A stretch of 64,000 nucleotides of DNA from Euglena gracilis (lineage: Eukaryota), in the NCBI GenBank assembly GCA_039621445.1, contig CP154954.1:39517816-39581815 (forward strand), in the 5' to 3' direction. Numbering within the stretch: position 1 is the stretch's first letter; each line of letters starts with the position of its first letter. Below are positions 35,301 through 48,715 of the stretch, in pieces. Made by a program: the position numbers and the translations under genes. Below the pieces are notes generated by a model that worked only from the letters and a program-made list of their open reading frames with translations, was not told the DNA's origin and did not search any database.

Positions 35301-38300
35301 TTTGGGGGGCAAATCCCTTTTGTTGCCCAACTGTTCGAGGGCCCCAAAATAACAAAATCCTTTGTGTTACCCACCCGTTTTGGGGGGCAAATCCCTTTTG
35401 TTGCCCAACTGTTCGAGGGCCCCAAAATAACAAAATCCTTTGTGTTACCCACCCGTTTTGGGGGGCAAATCCCTTTTGTTGCCCAACTGTTCGAGGGCCC
35501 CTAAATAACAAAATCCCTTGTGTTACCCGCCCGTTCTGGGGGCAAATCCCTTGTTTTGGTTAACTGTTTGAGAGTCCCTAAATAACAAAATCCCTTGTGT
35601 TACCCACCCGTTTTGGGGGGCAAATCCCTTGTGTTGCCCAACTGTTCGACGGTAACCCATCCAATTTCTGGTGCAAATCCCTTTTGTTGCCCAACTGTTC
35701 GAGGGCCCCTAAATGACAAAATCCCTTGTGTTACCCACCCGTTTTGGGGGGCAAATCCCTTTTGTTGCCCAACTGTTCGAGGGCCCCAAAATAACAAAAT
35801 CCCTTGTGTTGCCCACCCGTTTTGGGGGGCAAATCCCTTGTGTAACCCATGTAATTTCTGTGGCAAATCCCTTTTGTTGCCCAACTGTTCGAGGGCCCCT
35901 AAATAACAAAATCCCTTGTGTTACCCACCCGTTTTGGGGGGCAAATCCCTTGTGTTACCCACCCGTTCTTGGGGGCAAATCCTTTGTGTTGCCAAACTGT
36001 TCGAGGGCCCCAAAATAACAAAATCCTTTGTGTTACCCACCCGTTTAGGGGGGCAAATCCCTTTTGTTGCCCAACTGTTCGAGGGCCCCAAAATAACAAG
36101 ATCCCTTGTGTTACCCACCCGTTCTGGGGGGCAAATACCTTTTGTTGCCCAACTGTTCGAGGGCCGCTAAATAACAAAATCCCTTGTGTTACCCACCCGT
36201 TTTGGGGGGCAAATCCCTTGTGTTACCCACCCGTTTTGGGGGCAAATCCCTTGTGTTACCCACCCGTTTTGGGGGGCAAATCCCTTGTGTTACCCACCCG
36301 TTCTGGGGGGCAAATCCCTTTTGTTACCCAACTGTTCGAGGGCCCCTAAATAACAAAATCCTTTGTGTTATACACCCGTTTTGGGGGGCTAATACCTTTT
36401 GTTGCCCAACTGTTCGAGGGCCCCTAAATAACAAAATCCCTTGTGTTACCCACCCGTTTTGGGGGCAAATCCCTTGTGTTACCCACCCGTTTTGGGGGGC
36501 AAATCCCTTGTGTTACCCACCCGTTTTGGGGGGCAAATCCCTTGTGTTACCCATCCGTTCTGGGGGGTAAATCCCTTTTGTTGCCCAACTGTTCGAGGGC
36601 CCCTAAATAACAAAATCCGTTGTGTTATACACCCGTTTTGGGGGGCAAATACCTTTTGTTGCCCAACTGTTCAAGGGCCCCTAAATAACAAAATCCCTTG
36701 TGTTACCCACCCGTTTTGGGGGGCAAATCCCTTGTGTTACCCAACTAATATTGGGGGGCAAATCCCTTTTGTTGCCCAACTGTTCGAGGGCCCCAAAATA
36801 ACAAAATCCCTTGTGTTACCCACCCGTTTTGGGGGGCAAATCCCTTTTGTTGCCCAACTGTTCGAGGGCCCCTAAATAACAAAATCCCTTGTGTTACACA
36901 CCCGTTTTGGGGGGCAAATCCCTTGTGTTACCCAACTAATTTTGGGGGGCAAATCCCTTTTGTTGCCCAACTGTTCGAGGGCCCCAAAATAACAAAATCC
37001 CTTGTGTTGCCCACCCGTTTTGGGGGGCAAATCCCTTGTGTAACCCATCTAATTTCTGTGGCAAATCCCTTTTGTTGCCCAACTGTTCGAGGGCCCCTAA
37101 ATAACAAAATCCCTTGTGTTACCCACCCGTTTTGGGGGGCAAATCCCTTGTGTTACCCACCCGTTCTTGGGGGCAAATCCCTTGTGTTGCCAAACTGTTC
37201 GAGGGCCCCAAAATAACAAAATCCTTTGTGTTACCCACCCGTTTAGGGGGGCAAATCCCTTTTGTTGCCCAACTGTTCGAAGGCCCCAAAATAACAAAAT
37301 CCCTTGTGTTACCCACCCGTTCTGGGGGGCAAATCCCTTTTGTTGCCCAACTGTTCGAGGGCCCCAAAATAACAAGATCCCTTGTGTTACCCACCCGTTT
37401 TGGGGGGCAAATACCTTTTGTTGCCCAACTGTTCGAGGGCCCCTAAATAACAAAATCCCTTGTGTTACCCACCCGTTTTGGGGGGCAAATCCCTTCTGTT
37501 ACCCACCCGTTTTGGGGGGCAAATCCCTTTTGTTGCCCAACTGTTCGAGGGCCCCTAAATAACAAAATCCTTTGTGTTATACACCCGTTTTGGGGGGCAA
37601 ATACCTTTTGTTGCCCAACTGTTCGAGGGCCCCAAAATAACAAAATCCTTTGTGTTACCCACCCGTTTTGGGGGGCAAATCCCTTGTGTTACCCACCCGT
37701 TTTGGGGGGCAAATCCCTTGTGTTACCCACCCGTTCTGGGGGGCAAATCCCTTTTGTTGCCCAACTGTTCGAGGGCCCCTAAATAACAAAATCCTTTGTG
37801 TTATACACCCGTTTTGGGGGGCAAATACCTTTTGTTGCCCAACTGTTCGAGTGCCCCTAAATAACAAAATCCCTTGTGTTACCCACCCGTTTTGGGGGCA
37901 AATCCCTTGTGTTACCCACCCGTTTTGGGGGGCAAATCCCTTGTGTTACCCACCCGTTTTGGGGGGCAAATCCCTTGTGTTACCCATCCGTTCTGGGGGG
38001 TAAATCCCTTTTGTTGCCCAACTGTTCGAGGGCCCCTAAATAACAAAATCCGTTGTGTTATACACCCGTTTTGGGGGGCAAATACCTTTTGTTGCCCAAC
38101 TGTTCAAGGGCCCCTAAATAACAAAATCCCTTGTGTTACCCACCCGTTTTGGGGGGCAAATCCCTTGTGTTACCCAACTAATATTGGGGGGCAAATCCCT
38201 TTTGTTGCCCAACTGTTCGAGGGCCCCAAAATAACAAAATCCCTTGTGTTACCCACCCGTTTTGGGGGGCAAATCCCTTTTGTTGCCCAACTGTTCGAGG

Positions 38301-40747
38301 GCCCCAAAATAACAAAATCCCTTGTGTTACACACCCGTTTTGGGGGGCAAATCCCTTGTGTTACCCAACTAATTTTGGGGGGCAAATCCCTTTTGTTGCC
38401 CAGCTGTTCGAGGGCCCCTAAATAACAAAATCCCTTGTGTTACCCACCCGTTTAGGGGGGCAAATCCCTTTTGTTGCCCAACTGTTTGAGGGCCCCTAAA
38501 TAACAAAATCCCTTGTGTTACCCACCCATTTGGGAGGGCAAATCCCTTTTGTTGCCCCACTGTTCGAGGGCCCCTAAATAACAAAATCCTTTATGTTATC
38601 CACCCGTTTTGGGGGGCAAATCCCTTTTGTTGCCCAACTGTTCGAGGGCCCCTAAATAACAAAATCCCTTGTGTTACCCACCCGTTTTGGGGGGCAAATC
38701 CCTTTTGTTGCCCAACTGTTCGAGGGCCCCAAAATAACAAAGTCCCTTGTGTTACCCACCCGTTTTGGGGGGCAAATCCCTTGTGTAACCCAACTAATTT
38801 CGGGGGCAAATCCTTTTTGTTGCCCAACTGTTCGAGGGCCCCAAAATAACAAAATCCCTTGTGTTACCCACCCGATTTGGGGGGCAAATCCCTTGTGTAA
38901 CCCAACTAATTTCGGGGGCAAATCCCTTTTGTTGCCCAACTGTTCGAGGGCCCCAAAATAACAAAATCCTTTGTGTTACCCACCCGTTTTGGGGGGCAAA
39001 TCCCTTGTGTTACCCACCCGTTTTGGGGGGCAAATCCCTTGTGTTACCCACCCGTTCTGGGGGGCAAATCCCTTTTGTTGCCCAACTGTTCGAGGGCCCC
39101 TAAATAACAAAATCCTTTGTGTTATACACCCGTTTTGGGGGGCAAATACCTTTTGTTGCCCAACTGTTCGAGTGCCCCTAAATAACAAAATCCCTTGTGT
39201 TACCCACCCGTTTTGGGGGCAAATCCCTTGTGTTACCCACCCGTTTTGGGGGGCAAATCCCTTGTGTTACCCACCCGTTTTGGGGGGCAAATCCCTTGTG
39301 TTACCCATCCGTTCTGGGGGGTAAATCCCTTTTGTTGCCCAACTGTTCGAGGGCCCCTAAATAACAAAATCCGTTGTGTTATACACCCGTTTTGGGGGGC
39401 AAATACCTTTTGTTGCCCAACTGTTCAAGGGCCCCTAAATAACAAAATCCCTTGTGTTACCCACCCGTTTTGGGGGGCAAATCCCTTGTGTTACCCAACT
39501 AATATTGGGGGGCAAATCCCTTTTGTTGCCCAACTGTTCGAGGGCCCCAAAATAACAAAATCCCTTGTGTTACCCACCCGTTTTGGGGGGCAAATCCCTT
39601 TTGTTGCCCAACTGTTCGAGGGCCCCTAAATAACAAAATCCCTTGTGTTACACACCCGTTTTGGGGGGCAAATCCCTTGTGTTACCCAACTAATTTTGGG
39701 GGGCAAATCCCTTTTGTTGCCCAGCTGTTCGAGGGCCCCTAAATAACAAAATCCCTTGTGTTACCCACCCGTTTAGGGGGGCAAATCCCTTTTGTTGCCC
39801 AACTGTTTGAGGGCCCCTAAATAACAAAATCCCTTGTGTTACCCACCCATTTGGGAGGGCAAATCCCTTTTGTTGCCCCACTGTTCGAGGGCCCCTAAAT
39901 AACAAAATCCTTTATGTTATCCACCCGTTTTGGGGGGCAAATCCCTTTTGTTGCCCAACTGTTCGAGGGCCCCTAAATAACAAAATCCCGTGTGTTACCC
40001 ACCCGTTTTGGGGGGCAAATCCCTTTTGTTGCCCAACTGTTCGAGGGCCCCAAAATAACAAAATCCCTTGTGTTACCCACCCAAATCCCTTGTGTAACCC
40101 AACTAATTTCGGGGGCAAATCCCTTTTGTTGCCCAACTGTTCGAGGGCCCCAAAATAACAAAGTCCCTTGTGTTACCCACCCGTTTTGGGGGGCAAATCC
40201 CTTGTGTAACCCAACTAATTTCGGGGGCAAATCCTTTTTGTTGCCCAACTGTTCGAGGGCCCCAAAATAACAAAATCCCTTGTGTTACCCACCCGTTTTG
40301 GGGGGCAAATCCCTTGTGTAACCCAACTAATTTCGGGGGCAAATCCCTTTTGTTGCCCAACTGTTCGAGGGCCCCAAAATAACAAAATCCCTTGTGTTAC
40401 CCACCCGTTTTGGGGGGCAAATCCCTTGTGTTACCCACCCGTTCTGGGGGGCAAATCCCTTTTGTTGCCCAACTGTTCGAGGGCCCCAAAATAACAAAAT
40501 CCCTTGTGTTACCCACCCGCTTTGGGGGGCAAATCCCTTGTGTTACCCACCCCTTTTGGGGGGAAAATCCCTTTTGTTGCCCAACTGTTCGAGGGCCCCT
40601 AAATTGTGTTACCCACCCGTTTTGGGGGGCAAATCCCTTTTGTTGCCCAACTGTTCGAGGGGCCCCAAATAACAAAATCCCTTGTGTTACCCACCCGCTT
40701 TGGGGGGCAAATCCCTTTTGTTGCCCAACTGTTTGAGGGCCCCTAAA
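17376..40747. repeat. 78-bp tandem satellite array (34-bp A subunit + 44-bp B subunit)
   Basis: Consensus AAAATAACAAAATCCCTTGTGTTACCCACCCGTTTTGGGGGGCAAATCCCTTTTGTTGCCCAACTGTTCGAGGGCCCC, repeated head-to-tail. The 26-aa periodicity in the ORF track reflects this unit. Confidence 0.99.
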
Positions 40748-42476
40748 CAGGGTGGGTCGTCGTCTTTTATTACTCGTTTAAAACATCGTTTGAATCCTGT
40801 TTAAAACCGTCGTCATAAACCAAAAGGCAGGTTTTCGACGTATTGAAGTTTCGTGAAGCGCCAGTACCAGGAGTGAAGGACGTTGCCTGGCTGCAGGTGC
40901 CGGCCCCAAGAAAAGTCTTGCATGTGGCAGAAGGCAGGGTTGTGCGGGAAATTTCCGGATGCAAATTTCTTGGCGAAATTCTCCTGAAGTTTTCCCAGGC
41001 TGCGGAAAACTTTTTTTACCCTTTTCCGGGTCGGCAAAAAAAGGTTCGGTGCACAAAGAACTGCTGGCCCAAAAGTGGCCACCACATCTGGCCCAACACT
41101 GGCCAACACAGGTGGCCCAAAACTGGCCACCGTATCTGGCCAAAGGTGGCCAACACACGTGGCCCAAAAAATGCCACCACAAACCCCTGCAAAACTAACC
41201 CGTTTGCCAGATTCAAAAACTGCACCCCCAATTTTTTTGGCTCTCTTGGGAAAGAAGCGTTGTTGTACACCAAAAAAAAAGTTTTCTTGCAGGAAAATGT
41301 ATCCGGCAGGTTTTGGGGAAACAGTGGCTTTTGCTTGCAGATAAATGGGCCCGGCAGTTTTGAGCAAAATGAGATCACCAGCCACAGGGAATTGCCTTTT
41401 GTTGCAGCAGCTGTGACCAACACATTGGATCAGTTTGCACCAAAATGGGATCAGAAATGGGGGAACAAAAACAACAATGTCCTTGCAGGAAGAAACTTTG
41501 TCACAGCACAAAAAAGCAGAGGCTAAAAATGACTTTGGAGATGCTGTTGGAAGAGGTGGAGGGGACATGTTGCAGGTGGGGGACTGGGTCCTGTTGGTGC
41601 AGCCAGTGGTCCCACATATTCCAACCAAATCCAGAGATGGGGGAAGGATGTCTGATGCCAGATGAGTGCCAACAGTAAAGATGGAGGAGAGTTTTTGGAT
41701 GCATTCTGGGGGGTTGTTGGAGAAAGATGTCAATACCACATGGGTTCTTTACAGGCAAAATAGGGGGATGATGGTGAGTGGGTGGGTGTGAATGAAATGG
41801 CTGGACTTTTGCAGGGACTGGGTGTGACTGATGGGGTGGGTATGCAGTGTCTGGGGGGGGGGCATTGCAGGCCCTGGCTAACAGTTTGGGGGGGACATTT
41901 CAGGATGACAGTTGGGGGGGCTTTTTATTATTGCCTTTGCCGGCCACTGGCTGGGTTGAGGGGGCCTTTGCAGGCCCAGGGGTTGGGGGGACCTTATCAG
42001 GCCCAGGGCCCCACCAGCCCTTGGGGGGGGGGGGCTTTTCAGGCCCAGGGCTGTCCACAGCATGTTGAAGTCTTGCAGCAGCAGCACCAAAAGGCTGAGA
42101 AGCCCAACTTATACTTGTACTTGACCTGAACTTGTTCTCTTACCTTGTACTTGCTTGCTTGCTTGAACTTGCAGCTTGTTCTTCAACTTGAACTTGTACT
42201 TCAGACTTGTTTCCTTGAACTTCTAAACTTATAAACTTGAGCCCGAGCATGAAACCACATCAGGGGCCATCACTTGTCCGTCATGCATTGTGCGAAAAAA
42301 AAACAGACACTCAGAAAGGCACACAAGAAGAGCAAAATGTTGATCGCGAGGGCAAGCAGATCCTATTTTGGGTTTCCGACAGTTTTCGACAGCATTCCGA
42401 CATTTTTGACATTTTATTCCTTGTCGAAATGGTCTTTTTGTCCTTTTCCTTGTAAAAGACACTTAACTCCACACTG
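40748..42476. mobile_element. Non-autonomous hAT-like element inserted in the satellite (copy 1)
   Basis: Termini CAGGGTGG...CCACACTG with an imperfect TIR that includes GTCTTTTA. 8-bp TSD CCCCTAAA at 40740-40747 and 42477-42484. No credible ORF. Confidence 0.85.
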
Positions 42477-43940
42477 CCCCTAAATAAAAAAATCCCTTGT
42501 GTTACCCACCCGTTTTGGGGGGCAAATCCCTTGTGTTACCCAGCCGTTTTGGGGGGCAAATCCCTTGTGTAACCCAACTAATTTCGGGGGCAAATCCCTT
42601 TTGTTGCCCAACTGTTCGAGGGCCCCAAAACAACAAAATCCCTTGTGTTACCCACCCGTTTTGGGGGGCAATCCCTTGTGTAACCCAACTAATTTCGGGG
42701 GCAAATCCCTTTTGTTGCCCAACTGTTCGAGGGCCCCAAAATTACAAAATCCCTTGTGTTACCCACCCGTTTTGGGGGGCAAATCCCTTTTGTTGCCCAA
42801 CTGTTCGAGGGCCCCAAAATAACAAAATCCCTGGTGTTACCCACCCGTTTTGGGGGGCAAATCCCTTTTGTTGCCCAACTGTTCGAGGGCCCCTAAATAA
42901 CAAAATCCCTTGTGTTACCCACCCGTTTTGGGGGGCAAATCCCTTTTGTTGCCCAACTGTTCGAGGGCCCCAAAATAACAAAATCCCTTGTGTTACCCAC
43001 CCGTTTTGGGGGGCAAATCCCTTGTGTTGCCCAACTGTTCGAGGGCCCCAAAATAACAAAATCCCTTGTGTAACCCAACTAATTTCGGGGGCAAATCCCT
43101 TTTGTTGCCCAACTGTTCGAGGGCCCCAAAATAACAAAATCCCTTGTGTTACCCACCCGTTTTGGGGGGCAAATCCCTTGTGGAAACCAACCGAATTTGG
43201 GGGGCAAATCCCTTTTGTTGCCCAACTGTTCGAGGGCCCCAAAATAACAAAATCCCTTGTGTTACCCACCCGTTTTGGGGGGCAAATCCCTTGTGTAACC
43301 CAACTGATTTGGGGGGGGCAAATCCCTTTTGTTGCCCAACTGTCCGAGGGCCCCAAAATTACAAAATCCCCCCTTTTGGGGGGGCAAATCCCTTGTGTAA
43401 ATCCCGTATTTTCGGGGCAAATCCTTTTGTTTCCCAACTTTTCGAGGGCCCAAAATTATCAAATTCCTTTGTTTTACCCCCCCGTTTTGGGGGGCAAATC
43501 CCTTGTGTAACCCAACTAATTTCGGGGGCAAATCCCTTTTGTTGCCCAACTGTTCGAGGGCCCCAAAATAACAAAATCCCTTGTGTTACCCACCCGTTCT
43601 GAGGGGCAAATCCCTTGTGTTACCCACCCGTTCTGGGGGGCAAATCCCTTTTGTTGCCGAACTGATCGATGGCCTTAAAATAACAAAATCCCTTGTGTTA
43701 CCCACCCGTTTTGGAAGGCAAATCCCTTGTGTTACCCACCCGTTTTGGAAGGCAAATCCCTTGTGTTACCCAACTGTTCAAGGGCCCCTAAATCCCTTGT
43801 GTTACCCACCCGTTTTGGGGGGCAAATCCCTTTTGTTGCCCAACTGTTCGAGGGGCCCCAAATAACAAAATCCCTTGTGTTACCCACCCGCTTTGGGGGG
43901 CAAATCCCTTTTGTTGCCCAACTGTTTGAGGGCCCCTAAA
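42477..43940. repeat. 78-bp satellite block
   Basis: Same A/B units as the main array. Confidence 0.97.
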
Positions 43941-45646
43941 CAGGGTGGGTCGTCGTCTTTTATTACTCGTTTAAAACATCGTTTGAATCCTGTTTAAAAC
44001 CGTCGTCATAAACCAAAAGGCAGGTTTTCGACGTATTGAAGTTTCGTGAAGCGCCAGTACCAGGAGTGAAGGACGTTGCCTGGCTGCAGGTGCCGGCCCC
44101 AAGAAAAGTCTTGCATGTGGCAGAAGGCAGGGTTGTGCGGGAAATTTCCGGATGCAAATTTCTTGGCGAAATTCTCCTGAAGTTTTCCCAGGCTGCGGAA
44201 AACTTTTTTTACCCTTTTCCGGGTCGGCAAAAAAAGGTTCGGTGCACAAAGAACTGCTGGCCCAAAAGTGGCCACCACATCTGGCCCAACACTGGCCAAC
44301 ACAGGTGGCCCAAAACTGGCCACCGTATCTGGCCAAAGGGGGCCAACCACGTGGCCCAAAAAATGCCACCACAAACCCCTGCAAAACTAACCCGTTTGCC
44401 AGATTCAAAAACTGCACCCCCAATTTTTTGGCTCTCTTGGGAAAGAAGCGTTGTTGTACACCAAAAAAAAGTTTTCTTGCAGGAAAATGTATCCGGCAGG
44501 TTTTGGGGAAACAGTGGCTTTTGCTTGCAGATAAATGGGCCCGGCAGTTTTGAGCAAAATGAGATCACCAGCCACAGGGAATTGCCTTTTGTTGCAGCAG
44601 CTGTGACCAACACATTGGATCAGTTTGCACCAAAATGGGATCAGAAATGGGGGAACAAAAACAACAATGTCCTTGCAGGAAGAAACTTTGTCACAGCACA
44701 AAAAAGCAGAGGCTAAAAATGACTTTGGAGATGCTGTTGGAAGAGGTGGAGGGGACATGTTGCAGGTGGGGACTGGGTCCTGTTGGTGCAGCCAGTGGTC
44801 CCACATATTCCAACCAAATCCAGAGATGGGGGAAGGATGTCTGATGCCAGATGAGTGCCAACTAAAGATGGAGGAGAGTTTTTGGATGCATTCTGGGGGT
44901 TGTTGGAGAAAGATGTCAATACCACATGGGTTCTTTACAGGCAAAATAGGGGATGATGGTGTGGGTGGGTGGGAATGAAAGGGCGGGACTTTTGCGGGGG
45001 CTGGGTGTGAGTGAGGGGGTGGGTGTGCAGTGTCTGGGGGGGGGGCATTGCAGGCCCTGGCTAACAGTTTGGGGGGGGGAATTTCAGGATGACGGGCTTT
45101 TTATTTTGCTTTTGCCGGCCACTGGCTGGGTTGAGGGGGCGTTTGCAGGCCCAGGTTGGGGGACCTTATCAGGCCCAGGGCCCCACCAGCCCTTGGGGGG
45201 GGGGCTTTCAGTCCCAGGGCTGTCCACAGCATGTTGAAGTCTTGCAGCAGCAGCACCAAAAGGCTGAGAAGCCCAACTTATACTTGTACTTGACCTGAAC
45301 TTGTTCTCTTACCTTGTACTTGCTTGCTTGCTTGAACTTGCAGCTTGTTCTTCAACTTGAACTTGTACTTCAGACTTGTTTCCTTGAACTTCTAAACTTA
45401 TAAACTTGAGCCCGAGCTTGAAACCCCATCAGGGGCCATCACTTGTCCGTCATGCATTGTGCGAAAAAAAAACAGACACTCAGAAAGGCACACATTCAGA
45501 GCAAAATGTTGATCGCGAGGGGCAAGCAGATCCTATTTTGGGTTTCCGACAGTTTTCGACAGCATTCCGACATTTTTGACATTTTATTCCTTGTCGAAAT
45601 GGTCTTTTTGTCCTTTTCCTTGTAAAAGACACTTAACTCCACACTG
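43941..45646. mobile_element. Non-autonomous hAT-like element (copy 2; tandem duplicate, period ~3193 bp)
   Basis: Near-identical to 40748-42476, with the same CCCCTAAA TSD and the same flanking satellite variants. Confidence 0.85.
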
Positions 45647-47480
45647 CCCCTAAATAAAAAAATCCCTTGTGTTACCCACCCGTTTTGGGGGGCAAATCCC
45701 TTGTGTTACCCAGCCGTTTTGGGGGGCAAATCCCTTGTGTAACCCAACTAATTTCGGGGGCAAATCCCTTTTGTTGCCCAACTGTTCGAGGGCCCCAAAA
45801 CAACAAAATCCCTTGTGTTACCCACCCGTTTTGGGGGGCAATCCCTTGTGTAACCCAACTAATTTCGGGGGCAAATCCCTTTTGTTGCCCAACTGTTCGA
45901 GGGCCCCAAAATTACAAAATCCCTTGTGTTACCCACCCGTTTTGGGGGGCAAATCCCTTTTGTTGCCCAACTGTTCGAGGGCCCCAAAATAACAAAATCC
46001 CTGGTGTTACCCACCCGTTTTGGGGGGCAAATCCCTTTTGTTGCCCAACTGTTCGAGGGCCCCTAAATAACAAAATCCCTTGTGTTACCCACCCGTTTTG
46101 GGGGGCAAATCCCTTTTGTTGCCCAACTGTTCGAGGGCCCCAAAATAACAAAATCCCTGGTGTTACCCACCCGTTTTGGGGGGCAAATCCCTTGTGTTGC
46201 CCAACTGTTCGAGGGCCCCAAAATAACAAAATCCCTTGTGTAACCCACCCGTTTTGGGGGGCAAATCCCTTTTGTTGCCCAACTGTTCGAGGGCCCCAAA
46301 ATAACAAAATCCCTTGTGTTACCCACCCGTTTTGGGGGGCAAATCCCTTGTGTAACCCAACTAATTTCGGGGGCAAATCCCTTTTGTTGCCCAACTGTTC
46401 GAGGGCCCCAAAACAACAAAATCCCTTGTGTTACCCACCCTTTTTAGGGGGCAATCCCTTGTGTAACCCAACTAATTTCGGGGGCAAATCCCTTTTGTTG
46501 CCCAACTGTTCGAGGGCCCCAAAATAACAAAAATCCCTTGTGTTACCCACCCGTTTTGGGGGGCAAATCCCTTGTGTAACCCAACTAATTTCGGGGGCAA
46601 ATCCCTTTTGTTGCCCAACCGTCGGAGGGCCCCAAAACCCCTCCTGTTTCCCACCCTTTTGCCACTGGGAACATACGGGGGTGATCCCTTTGCTCAACCA
46701 GTTGTGGGGGCAAATCCCTTTGTTGCCCACTGCCCTGTTGAAAATCACTCGAGGGCCCCTCACAAAATCCCTTGTGGACCCTTTTGGGGGCAAATCCTGT
46801 GCCCAACTCAATCCCTGTTGCCCCACCGGGGGGGGGGGATCCAGGTTCCCCCCAACATCGCAGGGCGGGGATGATCCCCCTGTTGACCCCCCCTGCAATG
46901 GCCTCACCCCCCCGTTTGGTCTCCATTGCCCCCCCCCCCGAGCATAACCCCAAACAAATCACTTTTTGATGAGACTTCCGCAAGTCCCATTTGCCCGTTT
47001 TTGTTTTTTTTTTTTTGGCAAATTTTGACATTTTTTTTGTTTTTGGGTCCCGAGGGCAAAGGGTTTGGGGGCCCCCCCCCCCCAAATCCCCCCGGTTCCC
47101 CCCAGGGGGGGGACTTGTTTGACTAAACTGACAAAACCCGGGGGACCCAGGGGGGGGGGGGTCCCTGGGGGTCCCCAACTGGAAAAAAAATTTCCTCCGG
47201 CGCTGTGCGCCGAGGTGGAAATGAGGTTTTTAAAGGTTTTTGGCTGATTTTGTTTCAAAAATTCCCAAATATGGCCAAAAACAGGCATTTTGGGGGGCAA
47301 ATCCCTTTTGTTGCCCAACTGTTCGAGGGCCCCAAAATAGCAAAATCCCTTGTGTTACCCACCCGTTTAGGGGGGCAAATCCCTTTTGTTGCCCAACTGT
47401 TCGAGGGCCCCAAAATAACAAAATCCCTTGTGTTACCCACCCTTTTTGGGGGGCAAATCCCTTGTGTTACCCACCCGTTT
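45647..47480. repeat. 78-bp satellite block (46620-47290 degraded or noisy)
   Basis: Same A/B units as the main array. Confidence 0.9.
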
Positions 47481-48288
47481 TGTCCTAAAACCCGGCGTTA
47501 GGAACGCCGGTTCTGTCCAAAACCCGGCGTCCGGTTTTCATTCCTAAAAATGTCACCAAAAGCGCCAAAAGTGGCCCTAAGGTGCTGGTATGACTGTTTC
47601 AACCATCTAGGACAATGAATTTTGCCATTTGGGGACCAGTGGGGTGGCTATCCAAATTTGGTGAAAATTGGCCCAGATTTGGAAATAGAGCACCGTGCAG
47701 CGTGGAAAGATCTGATGAGCACCGCTGGTCGTCTGTTGAAGAGAGCTTTCGATCGAGGGGTAACTTGGTACCCTAACGTTGCACGCAGCCCGAGATACGC
47801 TCGCGATCGTCGGATCGGCCAGAATCTGAGTCGAAATTTGTGGGAATTTTTAGTGTTTTTTGGTTTAAGATGCTTAATAAACCTTACAGAAACGTTTTTC
47901 CTCTTCGAATCAACTACCTGAGGGGTCCCGGGGGGCATCAGAGTTGTGAAATTAGGATTTCCCAGTGACAGAAAATAAGATCTCCAGGAGGCGTGGCTGA
48001 ATTTGGTGGTGATCGCCAGTCGTCTGATGAAAAGAGCTTTCGATTGAGGGGTGACTTTGTAAATGGACGATTGACACAGCCAGAAATACCCTCGCGATCG
48101 CCGGAATTTGGTGAAATGCAAAGTGGCGTGACATTGCAGATCAGTGGTCGGAAATTGGTTCTGGGAGTGTCCTTTGACCGAAGGGTGGGGACGCCGGTTC
48201 TGTCGTCTCTAAAACGCCGGTTTAAACAAGGGGTGGCGGACGCCGGTTCTGTCCAAAACCCGGCCTTCCGAACGCCGGGTTTTGGACA
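47481..48288. mobile_element. ~0.8-kb element bounded by ~50-bp inverted repeats (TGTCC..AAACCCGGCGTT)
   Basis: The ends are reverse complements. A diverged inverted homolog lies at ~60950-61980. No TSD resolved. Confidence 0.6.
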
Positions 48289-48501
48289 AAATCCCTTGTG
48301 TTACCCACCCGTTTTGGGGGGCAAATCCCTTGTGTAACCCAACTAACTTCGGGGGCAAATCCCTTTTGTTGCCCAACTGTTCGAGGGCCCCAAAATAACA
48401 AAAATCCCTTGTGTTACCCACCCGTTTTGGGGGGCAAATCCCTTTTGTTGCCCAACTGTTTGAGGGCCCCAAAATAACAAAAATCCCTTGTGTTACCCAC
48501 C
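48289..48501. repeat. Terminal 78-bp satellite block
   Basis: Last A/B units before the transposon nest. Confidence 0.95.
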
Positions 48502-48715
48502 CAGGGCACCCAGGGAAAGAACAAATTCCTTTCTATGTTGGCAACATACTTGGGGGCTAAGTTGTTTTTGTGGTTCACTTTGGCGACCTTTGGCGACCGT
48601 GGGCCAACCCTGAGGTCGGCCCGCTACCCCGCGCCCCCAGGCCAGATCCTGGAACGGGGGGTGGGGAGGTCGTGGGGTGGCTGACCCTAAGTCGACCCTA
48701 GGGTCGGCCCACGAT

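Noticed and set aside
17376-40747. Possible CRISPR array
   Set aside because: The units are head-to-tail with no unique spacers, there are no cas genes, and the context is eukaryotic.
40813-41739. ORFs of 227-308 aa inside the hAT-like element
   Set aside because: No transposase motifs, and the frames are not conserved in the duplicate copy.
17209-47501. Hundreds of repetitive ORFs (GPSNSWATKGICPPK..., LPTRFGGQIPF...)
   Set aside because: Artefacts of a 78-bp (26-codon) satellite that is open in several frames, with no start context or unique domain.
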